Assembly: GCA_973895155.1 (NCBI GenBank)
Contig: OZ316893.1
Coordinates: 9,735,839-9,799,838 of the forward strand
Direction of reading: 5' to 3'
DNA from: Marsupella aquatica
Lineage: Eukaryota; Plantae; Marchantiophyta
DNA: 64,000 nucleotides
Shown in pieces: positions 1 through 10,735 of this stretch. Within the stretch, counting starts at the first letter, position 1; the number at the start of each line of letters is the position of its first letter. Position numbers and translations under genes: made by a program. The notes under the pieces were generated by a model that was given only the letters and a program-made list of their open reading frames with translations, had not been told where the DNA came from and did not search any database.

Positions 1-637
1 TGTCCCTCCCTAAAAGTTACATGTATCCACCCTCCTTTACCCTCCCTCCCCAATCCCATTCCTTTTCCACCTCTTTGAAGCGCTCATAATATTTTGCGAA
101 ACATCTTGCGAAACCCCTACACCCGCAAACTCATCGCTACATTTGCGATACTTACTTGCTCGCTAATTGCCATCATAAACTCATCGCAAACTTCCAAATA
201 TACCACCATCTCAAAGTTGCGAAACCAAAACATTCACAAAATGAGACCCTAGACAGGCACAGGATTTGCGAGCCTATTACTATCGCAAGTTAGCCATTCC
301 GTAAACATCGCTCATTTGCGAGACAAGAAGACTCGCAAAATATTTTGAGATGCTAAAATATTTGCAACTATTTAGTTTTCCGGCGCATCTCAATGAATTT
401 GTGAAGCGGTAAAGATCGCTAAATTGTTCAATGATAATTACTTCGGAAATGTTTTGCGATACGTGAAGTATCATAAAATGTTGCGATTGTCTAAGTTTCG
501 CAATTATGTGTTGCGATGTGGGTAGATTCGCTAAGTGCGATGCGTATAGTATCACAAGTTTAGCGATGAGATTAATCTTGCAAACCTTTCTTCCTCTTGT
601 AAAACGCCTTCGCAAAATTGGCAAATATGTAGTAGTG
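1..637. mobile_element. Right-hand end of a CACTA (En/Spm)-like DNA transposon, inserted into a LINE
   Basis: Ends in GTAGTAGTG (reverse complement CACTACTAC) at 637. Many subterminal TTGCGA/TCGCAA motifs occur in both orientations. LINE RT coding sequence (LIAKLLARRLK) begins abruptly right after it. The other end lies outside the window. Confidence 0.7.
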
Positions 638-3240
638 ACTGATCGCCAAGCTGCTGGCTCGACGACTGAAGATCCTTTTGCCACGGATCATCAGCCCTCA
701 ACAGACTAGATTTATACCGGGTCGTCACATACTGGAAAATATATCCCTATCCTGGCTTGTCAATGACTGGATAAACTGTACCAAAACTCCCTCTTTATTC
801 ATGAAATTAGACTTCGAGAAAGCTTTTGATAGAGTAGACCACTCTTATATATGGGAAACCATGCACCTACTTGGCCTTGGTTCTCACTTTATTTTTTTAG
901 TTCAGTCACTTATTAGTAATGCTAGTTCCAAGGCACTTGTGAATGGACTCTGGACTCAGGACATCTTGATGAGTCGCGGGGTTCGGCAGGGGTGTCCACT
1001 TTCCCCCTGCTTTTTGCAATATCTACACAGCCACTGATGGATTTTTGTAGGTATGAAATTGCTGCTGGTAGACTTCAGGGATTGCAGATCTCTCCATCTC
1101 TGAATATCAGCTTCAGACTCTTTGCGGACGATCTGGGTCTTTTCATCCCTGCCACTATGGTTGCCTTCGAACAGGCTCAGGAGGCTATTAGCTGTTATGA
1201 ATGTGCGACAGGTGCCAGGTTAAACTTGAAGAAATCTGTGGTGGTGCCACTCGCGGTTGAGGAAATCCGTAGTTGGCTAATTGGATCGGGCTGTCTAATT
1301 AGCGGTGAAGGCGAGATACAAAAGTACTTGGGTGCACCTTTTGGATCTAGGATATCGGAGGCTAACTTGCATGGTTTTTGCCTCGATCGAATTGGTGCCA
1401 GATTATCATCTTGGTCTAACCGTCTCCTTTCTTTCACTGGTCGGATCATGTTAGTCAAACATGTACTTCAAGCTATACCTGTATATCATATGATGTTCCT
1501 TAGATCACTTGCTGCATTGGCTAAAAAATTGACAACTTTGAGCAGGGTTTTTCTGTGGGGGGCCAACAGACTTGGAGGTAAGAAGATCCCACTTGTGGCT
1601 TGGGAGAGACTATCTAGGCCTAAGGTTGACGGTGGCCTGGGCCTTAAGGAATTTACATGCCATTCTGCTGCTCTCTTAAGTAAATGGTTCATTGGAGCGA
1701 TTGATCATCCTGAGTCGGAATGGGCACTGATGTTTGCTGAAAATTTGAAGCTAACATCCTGGAGGAATTTCAGAGTTGTTCGTAGAAATCAGTACTCAAT
1801 GAAGGATAAACTACTCTTGTGTTCACCCCGATCCTTTGGCAATCTCCTGTACACTGGACAGATTTGGACGGCGTGGGAGCAGGTGAGGGAAAATTTGATC
1901 TTCTGCCCTGGAAATGGTACCATCCCAGTGCACTGGAGTGTGGAAGATCTCCTGAGATGCTTGCACTCTTTCTATAACTTAGTAGAGGAAGGTAGAGGAG
2001 AGATGGTGAAGATATGTGGTAAATTGGGAGTACGCAAAGTGAAAGATTTTTGGTCTGCGACTGACTGTGCATGGAAGGATCTAACACAACGAATGCAGCG
2101 TTTGAGGAATATAGTTGAGTCCGACAAAGATAGTTGTCTTAGACTCTTTTGACTTATATAGGGAACTACTTATGGTGTAAACATTACTGACTCCCCAACT
2201 GGTCTTTGGAGATGGTTGGATTCAGATTCAAAACCTAGAGCTTTTGGATTACCTAATCACAGGGTTTATGAGTTACTGAGAACTAAGGGCTCCAATTTCA
2301 TTCGACTCAATAGAATCTGCGATGAATCACTGTCTGAGTTGGAATGGAGTGGGATTTGGATAATATTGTGGACCTCTGATCTCTCTTCCCGGGTGAAGAC
2401 CTTCATTTGGAGAATCCTAGCACAGGGACTCTTCTCTGGTTCTAGGGCACTTCGGATTAAGAAATCTGACGGATTCTGTGTGCTATGCTTTGGGGAGGTC
2501 GGAACATTACCTCATCTTTTCTGTCAATGCAGATATGCTAGATACAGATGGAGTGTGGCCGGGGAGTGGATGAATGGACTGATCATCGGCCGGGATCGTG
2601 GTCTGCTCAAATTGCTGTTGTCATGCAGGGGAAAAGTTTTGCTGAGTACTCTTTGTGCTTTCCTGATATACCAGATCCTTTGGAGCATCTGGTTGGCTAG
2701 GAATGAGCAAACCTTTGATTTGACGAAGAAACGAGTTTTTGACACGACCTCTATCATTTCGGGGGCCTTGGATCACTTGTCTGTAGTGGCAACTTCCTCC
2801 AGCTCTAACCGGAAGCGGTCGCGTCTAATTGGGGCTGCTACCTTGTTAGAAGGGGAAAGGACCAGGATTATGAGGAATGATGTTAGGGTCACATTAGCTT
2901 TCTGAGCACTTGCGCTCTGTGCATTAGCAGTGTGCTGCATGCTGTTTTTTTGGTGTTGAGGGATGCTATCTTAGTTTGTTCTATAAGTGGATGCTGCTGA
3001 CTTTATTAGTATATCGGTCTTTACATGGAAAGGAGCATCTCTCCTTCCTTTTAGTTTTGCTTTACTTGCTTCTGCCCACGCTGCTTTGAGCTGTGGCTCT
3101 TTCCTAGTTCTGAATGTGAACCTCTATGTACTTTTTCACCCCTTCATGGGCTTTATGATGCCCCTGGGCCTGCTTGTTTCCCCGTCCGTGGGGTTCACGC
3201 GGAGTAAAATTTGGATTTAAAAATAAATAAAAATAGTAAT
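638..3240 (+). mobile_element. LINE (L1-like non-LTR retrotransposon) ORF2, degenerate: RT plus zf-RVT and A-rich tail
   Basis: RT motifs KLDFEKAFDRV, RGVRQGCPLSP, LFADD, KYLGAP, GGLGL; zf-RVT CVLC..H..CQC (2216-2905); frameshift near 1000; stop at 2150; tail AAAAATAAATAAAAAT near 3218-3235. Confidence 0.93.
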
Positions 3241-4179
3241 AGTAGTAGAAGGAAGTTAGCAGCGTCCCATGCCGCTAAGCCGCAAAATCGGCCTCGCCAA
3301 GAGCGAAACCTGCGGGAATTAGCTTGTGCAGAGGGGTTTCTTGGGTTTAGGGAGCCATGGGACGCACCACACAAGCAATTTTATTGGGGTATGAAAAAAT
3401 GAGTGGTCTCATCACACATTGAATGCTATTTGTTTACTGTGAAATTGAGGTCTTTTATAGTCTTGGGCGTGACTGTCGGTCCTCACAATTGATGCTCGAA
3501 TAGTCATGATTGTTATCCCGAACCACAACACACCTGAACCCAATCAAAATAGAAAAATCAATGTATTTGAGACATCCTATTGTTCCTAGGATTTCAATTG
3601 AACAGCCGTGCCTCCGTTCCATCCGAGTCCGGTTTTGACCTCTCGGTTTTGGTCACACAAATACAGTAGGTGGTTTACCACTTGCAATTGATGTCCTAAA
3701 CTGATACTGTGAGGCCCAGAAATTGGTGCGGTCCTTTAGGTATAAGATGCCCTAATAGGGCGTCTCAAAGTTTGCAAAACGCGGGCAGAACGTGTGTCTA
3801 AGAGTTCGCGGGCCGGGACCCACGAATGTGCGGTTGACCAAGTTGGCGTCCGCACATTCTTGCCCGGGATTTTTTCATTAACCGCAGGCCGCGGACGTGG
3901 GTCAGAATATTGGGCCCCTCACTTACCAGGGTTTAGGCGAGTGAACAGTCGTCGAGGCTTCTTCCAGCTCCACGGGATCGAGCACGGCAGACAAACGCTC
4001 TTAGGTGAGAACGACGACAGCTGATGTTGAAATTTGAATGTCCCGTGATCGTCTGAAGCAGCAAAGCCATGTCCCTCTCAACCTCGTGAGCACTCGCATC
4101 CCAGTGTCATCTACTCTTGTGAGGTAGTCAGTGCATTCCCGTGCATGCTCGTGACTGTTTGCGCAAGACAGTAGTTGAC

Positions 4180-5055
4180 GTGAGGCGGAGGACAAAGGGT
4201 TTTTCAGCACCTGCGGTGAGGGGAACGAGGTCAAGGCTTTGTACATTGCCTGCCACCGAAGATCTGCAGCAAGTAGGTGCGGTACTAGTCTCATTTGTGC
4301 GACGTCATTTGCACCCCTTCTTACGGTGAGTTACAGGCAGTTTCTTAGCCCCACACCTTCACTTCGTCGTCTCTTTCTTTCTTTGATTTTGGTTTAGTCA
4401 CCTCTGTTGGTTGCACAATTTTTATAAATGCATTCTTCAGGCCATGGCTCAATGGACCCCCCTTTCCAATGTTGAGGAGGGCAGGCTTGCTGGGAGAATC
4501 AAAAAATATGGACCCTCCTTGGTCTGTGCAGCCAATTACACAGCTCAAAATCCATACTCATAGAAATTTGTCTACTCTGCCTGCCCTTATACCGTCGACC
4601 ATGGAGGGCCATGTGGGAAGTCACTTGAGTTTGGACATCGTTGTGGTCATACATTACAAGGAAAGCCAAAGTTTAGGTTCCAGCTGATGTTAATTGATGC
4701 AGCACATCCACCATTGAAACCTATGAAGGCCCATATATGGGACTCTACCTGCATTTTATTGAATTGCACAGCCTTGGATTTTAGTGTGCTTTCTGAAAAA
4801 GACCAAATCTCAACTGTTCAATTAGTTCTACAGAAGTGTCCCAAGCTTCAAGTGTCCCTTATTGTGAAGGACCTTGAATTGCATGTCCAGCGCCTGGTCA
4901 TCTTCGATGACCACATGACCATGTCTGCTCCCCTCTATGTAGGGTCTCCAAGTGCCAGGAGCCTTTCCTTCAAGACACCCACTAAAGAGCGAGAAGGCAA
5001 ACCCCTACCAGTCTTGTCAAGCGAAACAGTGCCAAGAAAATCCTTGCAGACCTGA
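4180..5055 (+). pseudogene. RPA70 C-terminal (OB-fold/zinc ribbon)-like cargo gene, disrupted
   Basis: Frame from ATG 4444 reads FVYSACP..GGPCGKSL..HRCGH..KPKFRFQLMLID..KAHIWD..ILLNCTALDF, resembling RPA70 DBD-C. In-frame TAG at 4561. GT-AG intron at about 4326-4440. An upstream exon has a second YIAC..CG motif. Confidence 0.5.
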
Positions 5056-5889
5056 TTGAGCAGTTGAAGGGTGCTGATTTAGATGATTGATATTTGTCAT
5101 TCTTCCAATGTGTATGAGTAGTGGCTTCAGGGTAAATGAGTTGTACTTGGAGACCAACTGCTCCCTCGATGTTTTGCTGTCTCACTCTATATGTATTATT
5201 ATGGTACATTGGTTTCATTAAAAATAAAATCCTCCCTTTTGCTTGGTGCATCTTTATAACCAATTCCATGTCATTCTATTCTCGTGGTAATGAGTTCTAT
5301 TTTGCAACCTTGAATTGGGTGAAATTGTAATAATGCAGGTGCACCATGCCTAGAATATCTGATTGCCAGTTTCAGTTAAGAATGGTCAAGCAGAAGCTTG
5401 AACTCACCATAGCCCTTCAGAGCTCCTCGTTTGAATCTGATGTGGACTCCATTGAGGGGACCCTTGGAGAGCTTCAATTTGTTATTCTTGGGCAATCAGA
5501 GTCAGACACAGATGATGCAGTCACTACCGCTCTGGATTCATGGACCATGCCCTGGCATTCAAACGAAGGCCAGGGCGGTTCCCGTACAATGTTGGACTGA
5601 CAGTAAAGAGGACAGCTTCTCACAGAAGGTCCTCCCACACTTGTTTGACTGGTTGAGTGTTCGAGGTCCGAGTTGACCCCTGTTGCATTCAAAGGGCAGC
5701 TTCGAGCACTGTCTCCAGATGTTTAATGCAGGGAGGAATGAGCTTTGAGCACTGAACAAACTTTGAGAAGTATCCAAGATACTTAATGTAGGCACGGAAT
5801 GAGCTTCGAGAATAGAAAGGAGCGTCGAGCACTGTCCAAGTTACTTAATGTAGGGAGGAAGGAGCTTCAAGAACTGAAGGAGCGCGCGT

Positions 5890-6005
5890 CAAGCATTGAA
5901 GGAGCTTTGAGCAGTGGAGGAGTGTCGAGCAATGAAGGAGCTTTGAGCAGTGAAGGAGCTTCGAGCAATGAAGGAGCTTTGAGGAGTGATTGAGCTTTGA
6001 GAAGT
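5890..6005 (+). repeat. 18-bp tandem repeat (GAAGGAGCTTTGAGCAGT-like; SSEGAL in translation)
   Basis: About 6 imperfect units visible; related motifs also occur at 5700-5890. Confidence 0.75.
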
Positions 6006-7147
6006 GGCTACATGGCAAACTCACAGCAACCGCTGTGGCTAGTTGACGTGGGCGACAAAGGAGGCACTTTCATTGTTGGCCTTTGGAATTTCCCGAGTTG
6101 GCCTCTAAAGGTGAGGCGACCATTTCGGGAATTCTTTGGAGACGTAGCTCGCTTTCAGTCTGATTGGCCTAGCATCCAAGTATTGGAATTGCCGTGGTAG
6201 AAGTTCTTCAAATTCGCCGACGAGGCATTGAAGGAGGATGATAGTGATGGGGAATGCAGCATTCAAAGCACGATTACAGCTTTGAAGGAAGAAATTTTGG
6301 ATAATGATGATGATTCTGTTGCGAGTTCAGGAGGTCCAAACTCGAAGGAAAAGACGTCACAATGTGGCCGTGCCCGGCTTTGTCATGGCTGAAGTTCAGA
6401 GGTAGAACATTGGTCAAGACGGGAGTGTGTTGCAGTTCAGGCATTCAGTAGGCGTGCATAGGGTTTTGCGTAGAGTAGGAGTTGTAAGTGTAGGAAACCT
6501 GAGGATTATCGATTCCTTAAATTGTAATTTGGAGGTGAACCCAAACTGTGGTCATTCGTGAGCCTCGATTTTGTAATGTCGGACATTCTTATGGGAATGT
6601 CCAATGCTTTTCGGAAATGTAAACACTTTGTATGTGTGACTTTTTTCCAAGTGGAATGGCGCTCTTTGCTCATACTTAGAAGAAGGGGTGGATTACCGAT
6701 TCGAGGGCCCAAGGCATGCTCTTTCCCTGCAGAGATGCACTGCCGAAAAAGGGTGTGGAACATGATGTCTCTGTTTACAGTTAGAAAATGTAAATTTAGT
6801 TGAAAGTGCAGAATGAAATCAGCATAATGCCCCATTACGCATTATATTATGGACCAGAACGAAGTATTCTGGATGTTTACATTTCAAAGCTGCATCTCCA
6901 TCTCACACAAATGTAAAATTTCACTCGCTAATAAGATCTAAGAAGATCTCAATCCCCCGCTCAATCCGCCTCTAAAGGTCCTCGACTGGACCCTAAAATC
7001 TGTGTACATAGCCTAATGCAAATCTACAATTTTGGGGTCTGTTGGAGGAGTCCGTGGTGCAGAAGTTGTCGTTCTTGTAGGCCCATGGGGATCAGCACTC
7101 ATGGGAGTATCTTCCGAGTCGGGAATTAATCACATCAGGGCAACCAC

Positions 7148-8512
7148 CTACTCTGGAGGTTTGTTGCTTTGAAATAGCTCTATTAAAAGCGCTAATTGTT
7201 GTTGAGCTTTGAAAAGAGTCAACTGATTAAAGAGATCAATTCTGGCACGCTTCTCTTCGTGCTTCCTTTGCATTCTATCCCTGAGTCTTGCCTCCTTAGC
7301 CATTGTTTCTCGTGCCTCTCTGGCCTCCTCAGCCATAATTTCTCGTGCCTCTCTTGCCTCAGCCAAAATTTCTCGTGCATCTCTTTGGTCAGCCAGTTCT
7401 TGGGATTTCCATTTATCCTGAGTTTTGATCATTTGCTGCCTATACACATTTTTCTCACTAAGCTTCTCCATGTACACCTCAGCTAGATTTGGCCACGACG
7501 TAGCCTGTGAAGCAGCAGACCTTCTAGGAGTTCTCCTGTCGGAGTTCACTCTATCCGCATTTGGTGTAGTCGCTGCAGTTGGTGGTGCTTGCGACCCCGT
7601 CCCATCATCGGTATGACAGAATGTATGATCTCCTGAAGCATATGGGGCTGCCTCTGGACGTGCAGGAGGGAATTGAGGACCGGGATCCGTTTCTGTGCCA
7701 TTACTCGTGGCTGCAGAAGGATCAATGTTGGTGAAGCTTGGTTGGAAGTCAAACTGGGAATCCCCACCATCTTTGCCAAATTCTGTGACAGGCATAGCAA
7801 AAATTATTGTGTGCATATACACTTTGGGCCAAATGCTGCACATGACGTATTGAATTACACATGCTGCCTCATACCTGTAGTTGGCTCGCTCTGTGGTGTG
7901 GTACTTCGAAGTCATCTTGCTCTTCATCATCAGATCTAGGGTCCACATACAACTCGTCATGCCCTGGCAATCCCGCAGGTAATGTTGCAGGAGGGGTAAC
8001 ATTTGTCCTCTCTCCATACAGGGCATGCATCCGTTCGAAGTATGGACATATCTTATCCAACTTATCCCCAAGCGTTATACCAGCCCGTAGCTCTGCCATG
8101 GAGAGACCAGCGCCTGAATCATTTTTGATGGCTAGAGCCTCCTTGTATTTTTTCACGTAACAATTGAACCTTTTGCCAAGGTTCTCACTTGTGCTCACGA
8201 ATTTCAGGAAGCCTTGGGCATGGAGAACAACCAACATGAGTTTGAACACCGTTTTCTTCGAAAGATGTTTTGTCCCAATATAGGCAACCTACGAGACGAG
8301 CCATTCAACATGGCAAAATTGTTAGGATCCTCAAGCCAATCCACGATCTTACCTAAGTGCTCGGCAGTGAGCTTGGTCGCAACCCCACAAACGGGCTGAC
8401 ATTGAGAGGCCACCATATCTGGTCCTTGTTGTGTTACTTGTGAATCAGGAATCGCAGGACTCTGCGAGTTGAGAGGTGCAGGAAAATCCTGATATGCCCT
8501 CATAGAATTAGC
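7148..8512 (-). pseudogene. Harbinger-associated Myb/SANT-like (trihelix) DNA-binding protein, frameshifted
   Basis: IVDWLEDPNNF...LGKRFNCYVKKYKEA...SGAGL...CPYFERMHALYGER, followed by a coiled-coil tail (EAREAREIM repeats). Frameshift near 8275 joins ORFs 8204-8590 and 7869-8249. GT-AG intron at about 7782-7874. Confidence 0.7.
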
Positions 8513-9007
8513 CATCCCTCGCGTTGCACTCTCAAAGTTTGCCAGATTTTTTTCGACGGATTCTGGCGAGAGGGAAGCTTCAAAATTCAAAAATCATCCA
8601 GGATTTCAAATAGTGGGACAATTCTCTGCGAAGTCGGCGCACTGAAACAGACGCGAATACATTCAAATGCACACTGCGCGGGCGTAGCTTAACCTGGAGT
8701 AAACCCAGGTTCAGGAGGGCTGCGGGCCGTGTCAAAGTTGAGCACCCCCTTTTCTGCATGACCGAAAAGGCAGACTCGGCCGTCGTCTCGGGCAGAATTT
8801 TTGGGGGTCAGGTGTCCGAACGCGAGATGATGCTGACAGAGAACTTTGAGATGCCCTAATGGAACCGTTCAAGCTCAACACACCCTGTCCTTGTGGCTCG
8901 CTTCCATTGGGAGAGAAGGGTCGCCCACGGAGGGGGCGGAACGGGAAGGGTTACCCGGTTGGCCTTTCGACACTCTACCCACCCTGGGGGCGAACAGTAA
9001 GCCAAGG

Positions 9008-9185
9008 AAGGGCCGAATCAAAAGGCAGGGGGCGGTGCCCCCTTCATGCCTACCACTCCGGGTGAGGGCCGACTCCAAACGAAAGGGGCGGTGCCCGCAC
9101 TCTCCACGTTGACGTCCTCCTGTTGCGTGCCTGCCGCTCCCCTCGAGGGGCGAATCAAAACGAAGGGGGCGATGGCACCGCCTGC
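9008..9185 (+). repeat. Three imperfect GC-rich direct repeats upstream of the CUE gene
   Basis: GGCCGAATCAAAAGGCAGGGGGCGGTGCCC (~9011), GGCCGACTCCAAACGAAAGGGGCGGTGCCC (~9067), GGGCGAATCAAAACGAAGGGGGCGATGGCAC (~9148). Confidence 0.6.
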
Positions 9186-10735
9186 CCTTTGCCCGCGGGC
9201 AGCTAAAAACGCAAGCATATCCGCCGATCCTCTCGGCAACCCCTAAAAACCTGCGTCTCTCGTTCGCTTGTGGATCGGCTTTCTTGCATTGGTGCATTCC
9301 AGCATCCTCTGAATTCCGTCGTCGATTACTTGTTCCTCACCCTGAAATCTCAATTGATGGTTTGCGGATCGACGACACATTTAGACTACTCGAATTTATA
9401 AGAGATCAGATCGCTCTCTGTGTCTCTGTCGCTCCCTTTCTCTTTGGGATGTCGGAATAATAAGTGTCGCACCGGATTGCATCGAGGATTCGCTGTTGAG
9501 CACTGTGCAGTGCGGGCGAAGACTGTTGTTGGTGGTTGCGTGCGACGCCGGTTTGGCCGCATTGACCTTGCCGTGCCCTAGAGATATATTAGTCCTGGCT
9601 CTCTCTCTTGTCGTTGCAATCGGCAGATCGTGGTTGTTTTCATCGTTGCATCCGCTGCCGTGAGCGTTTCGAGTGTTGAGGGATTGGTTGTTTTGGTTGT
9701 GGTGCACTTTAGATTTTTGTGGTGTCGTTTTGGTGCACTTTTTGGTTTTCTGAGGTTTGTGGAGTTTCTTCTTGTCGTCTATTTTCCGAGTGGGAGGGTG
9801 AGGTGGAGTCGAGTGACGGACGGGTTGCGTGCGCTTCCGAGTTGCTGCTTGCTTGGATCGATCAGGGGATTTGGTTTGCTTCCAGGTCACGAAGGAGAGG
9901 AGAGGTTTGCCTCCGTTCGCTCTATTCCGCTCTGGTCGACGAAAGTTAGGCCTTGAAAATTGAATGAGATTGGAAGCGGACCAGGAAGCAGGGTCAGGAT
10001 AAGGAAAGGAACGGACGGAAGTGGAAAAGTTTAGGTCAGTGAGTAGGCAGGCAGGCAGGCAAGCAGGGGAAAGAAAGTTAGATAGAGCATTGGAAATAGG
10101 CACTGCCATGCCTTGCCGTCGTTGCTTTGGTTGTCCGCAAGAGGAACCCTGGTCTTGGCAGATTCGCACATGCACTTAGGTGAGTTCTCTATCTCTGTTG
10201 CTCTCCGAGTATGATACAGATGGCTTCACATTCTGTAATTCCATGTCTCGATGGGGCACTGCTTACCGAAGTTGAGACTTGAATGATAGATAGAAGGATA
10301 TGTATCCGACGGTCGCTGTGATGTATCTTTCATCCGCTGCCTCACGGTAATGTGTCTTCGCAAGGCTTGGTCGCGGGCGCGGGACCTCCGGAACGCTCCC
10401 GTGCTTTAGCGTTGGTGGATGCGTGTATGAATTTATCTCGGGGCCTGAGATCATCGATATTCTCTATTTTCTTTGTCATTTTTCTGTCCGTGGTGTCTTT
10501 TCGTTGATGTTGCATGCGGTGAATTTTGTTTGTCTTTCTTCATAGATTTTCGAATCCTTTGTACTTGATGACCAGATCCGAGTTTTGAAAGAGTAGAGTA
10601 CGGTCTAAGAGATCCTCTCAGCCAGCCTGCTCCTGCTGCTCCCCTCTCAGATCGTCGCAGTGTCTGTTGTTGTGGTGATTGCCGCGGAGGGAGGAAAGAT
10701 TGTGAGAAGAAGAGGCGAGTGCTGTAACCGTTGCA

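Larger units (their letters stand above)
3757..8857. mobile_element. Non-autonomous PIF/Harbinger-like TIR element (~5.1 kb)
   Basis: 16-bp TIRs AGGGCGTCTCAAAGTT (3757-3772) and AACTTTGAGATGCCCT (8842-8857), 1 mismatch. Flanked by 3-bp AAT on both sides (3754-3756, 8858-8860). Carries a Myb/SANT-like gene typical of this superfamily. No DDE transposase recognised. Confidence 0.75.

Noticed and set aside
3400-3745. Small MITE between the LINE tail and the TIR element
   Set aside because: Only a weak ~10-bp inverted match (GGTCCTCACA / TGTGAGGCCC) and no TSD.
7148-8071. 307-aa ORF as a single gene
   Set aside because: Its N-terminal part is an off-frame reading of the Myb-like exon plus intron; only the C-terminal part is the real last exon.
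9396-10175. 259-aa minus-strand ORF and overlapping plus-strand ORFs
   Set aside because: Low-complexity translation of the GT/CT-rich CUE gene leader; no recognisable domain.
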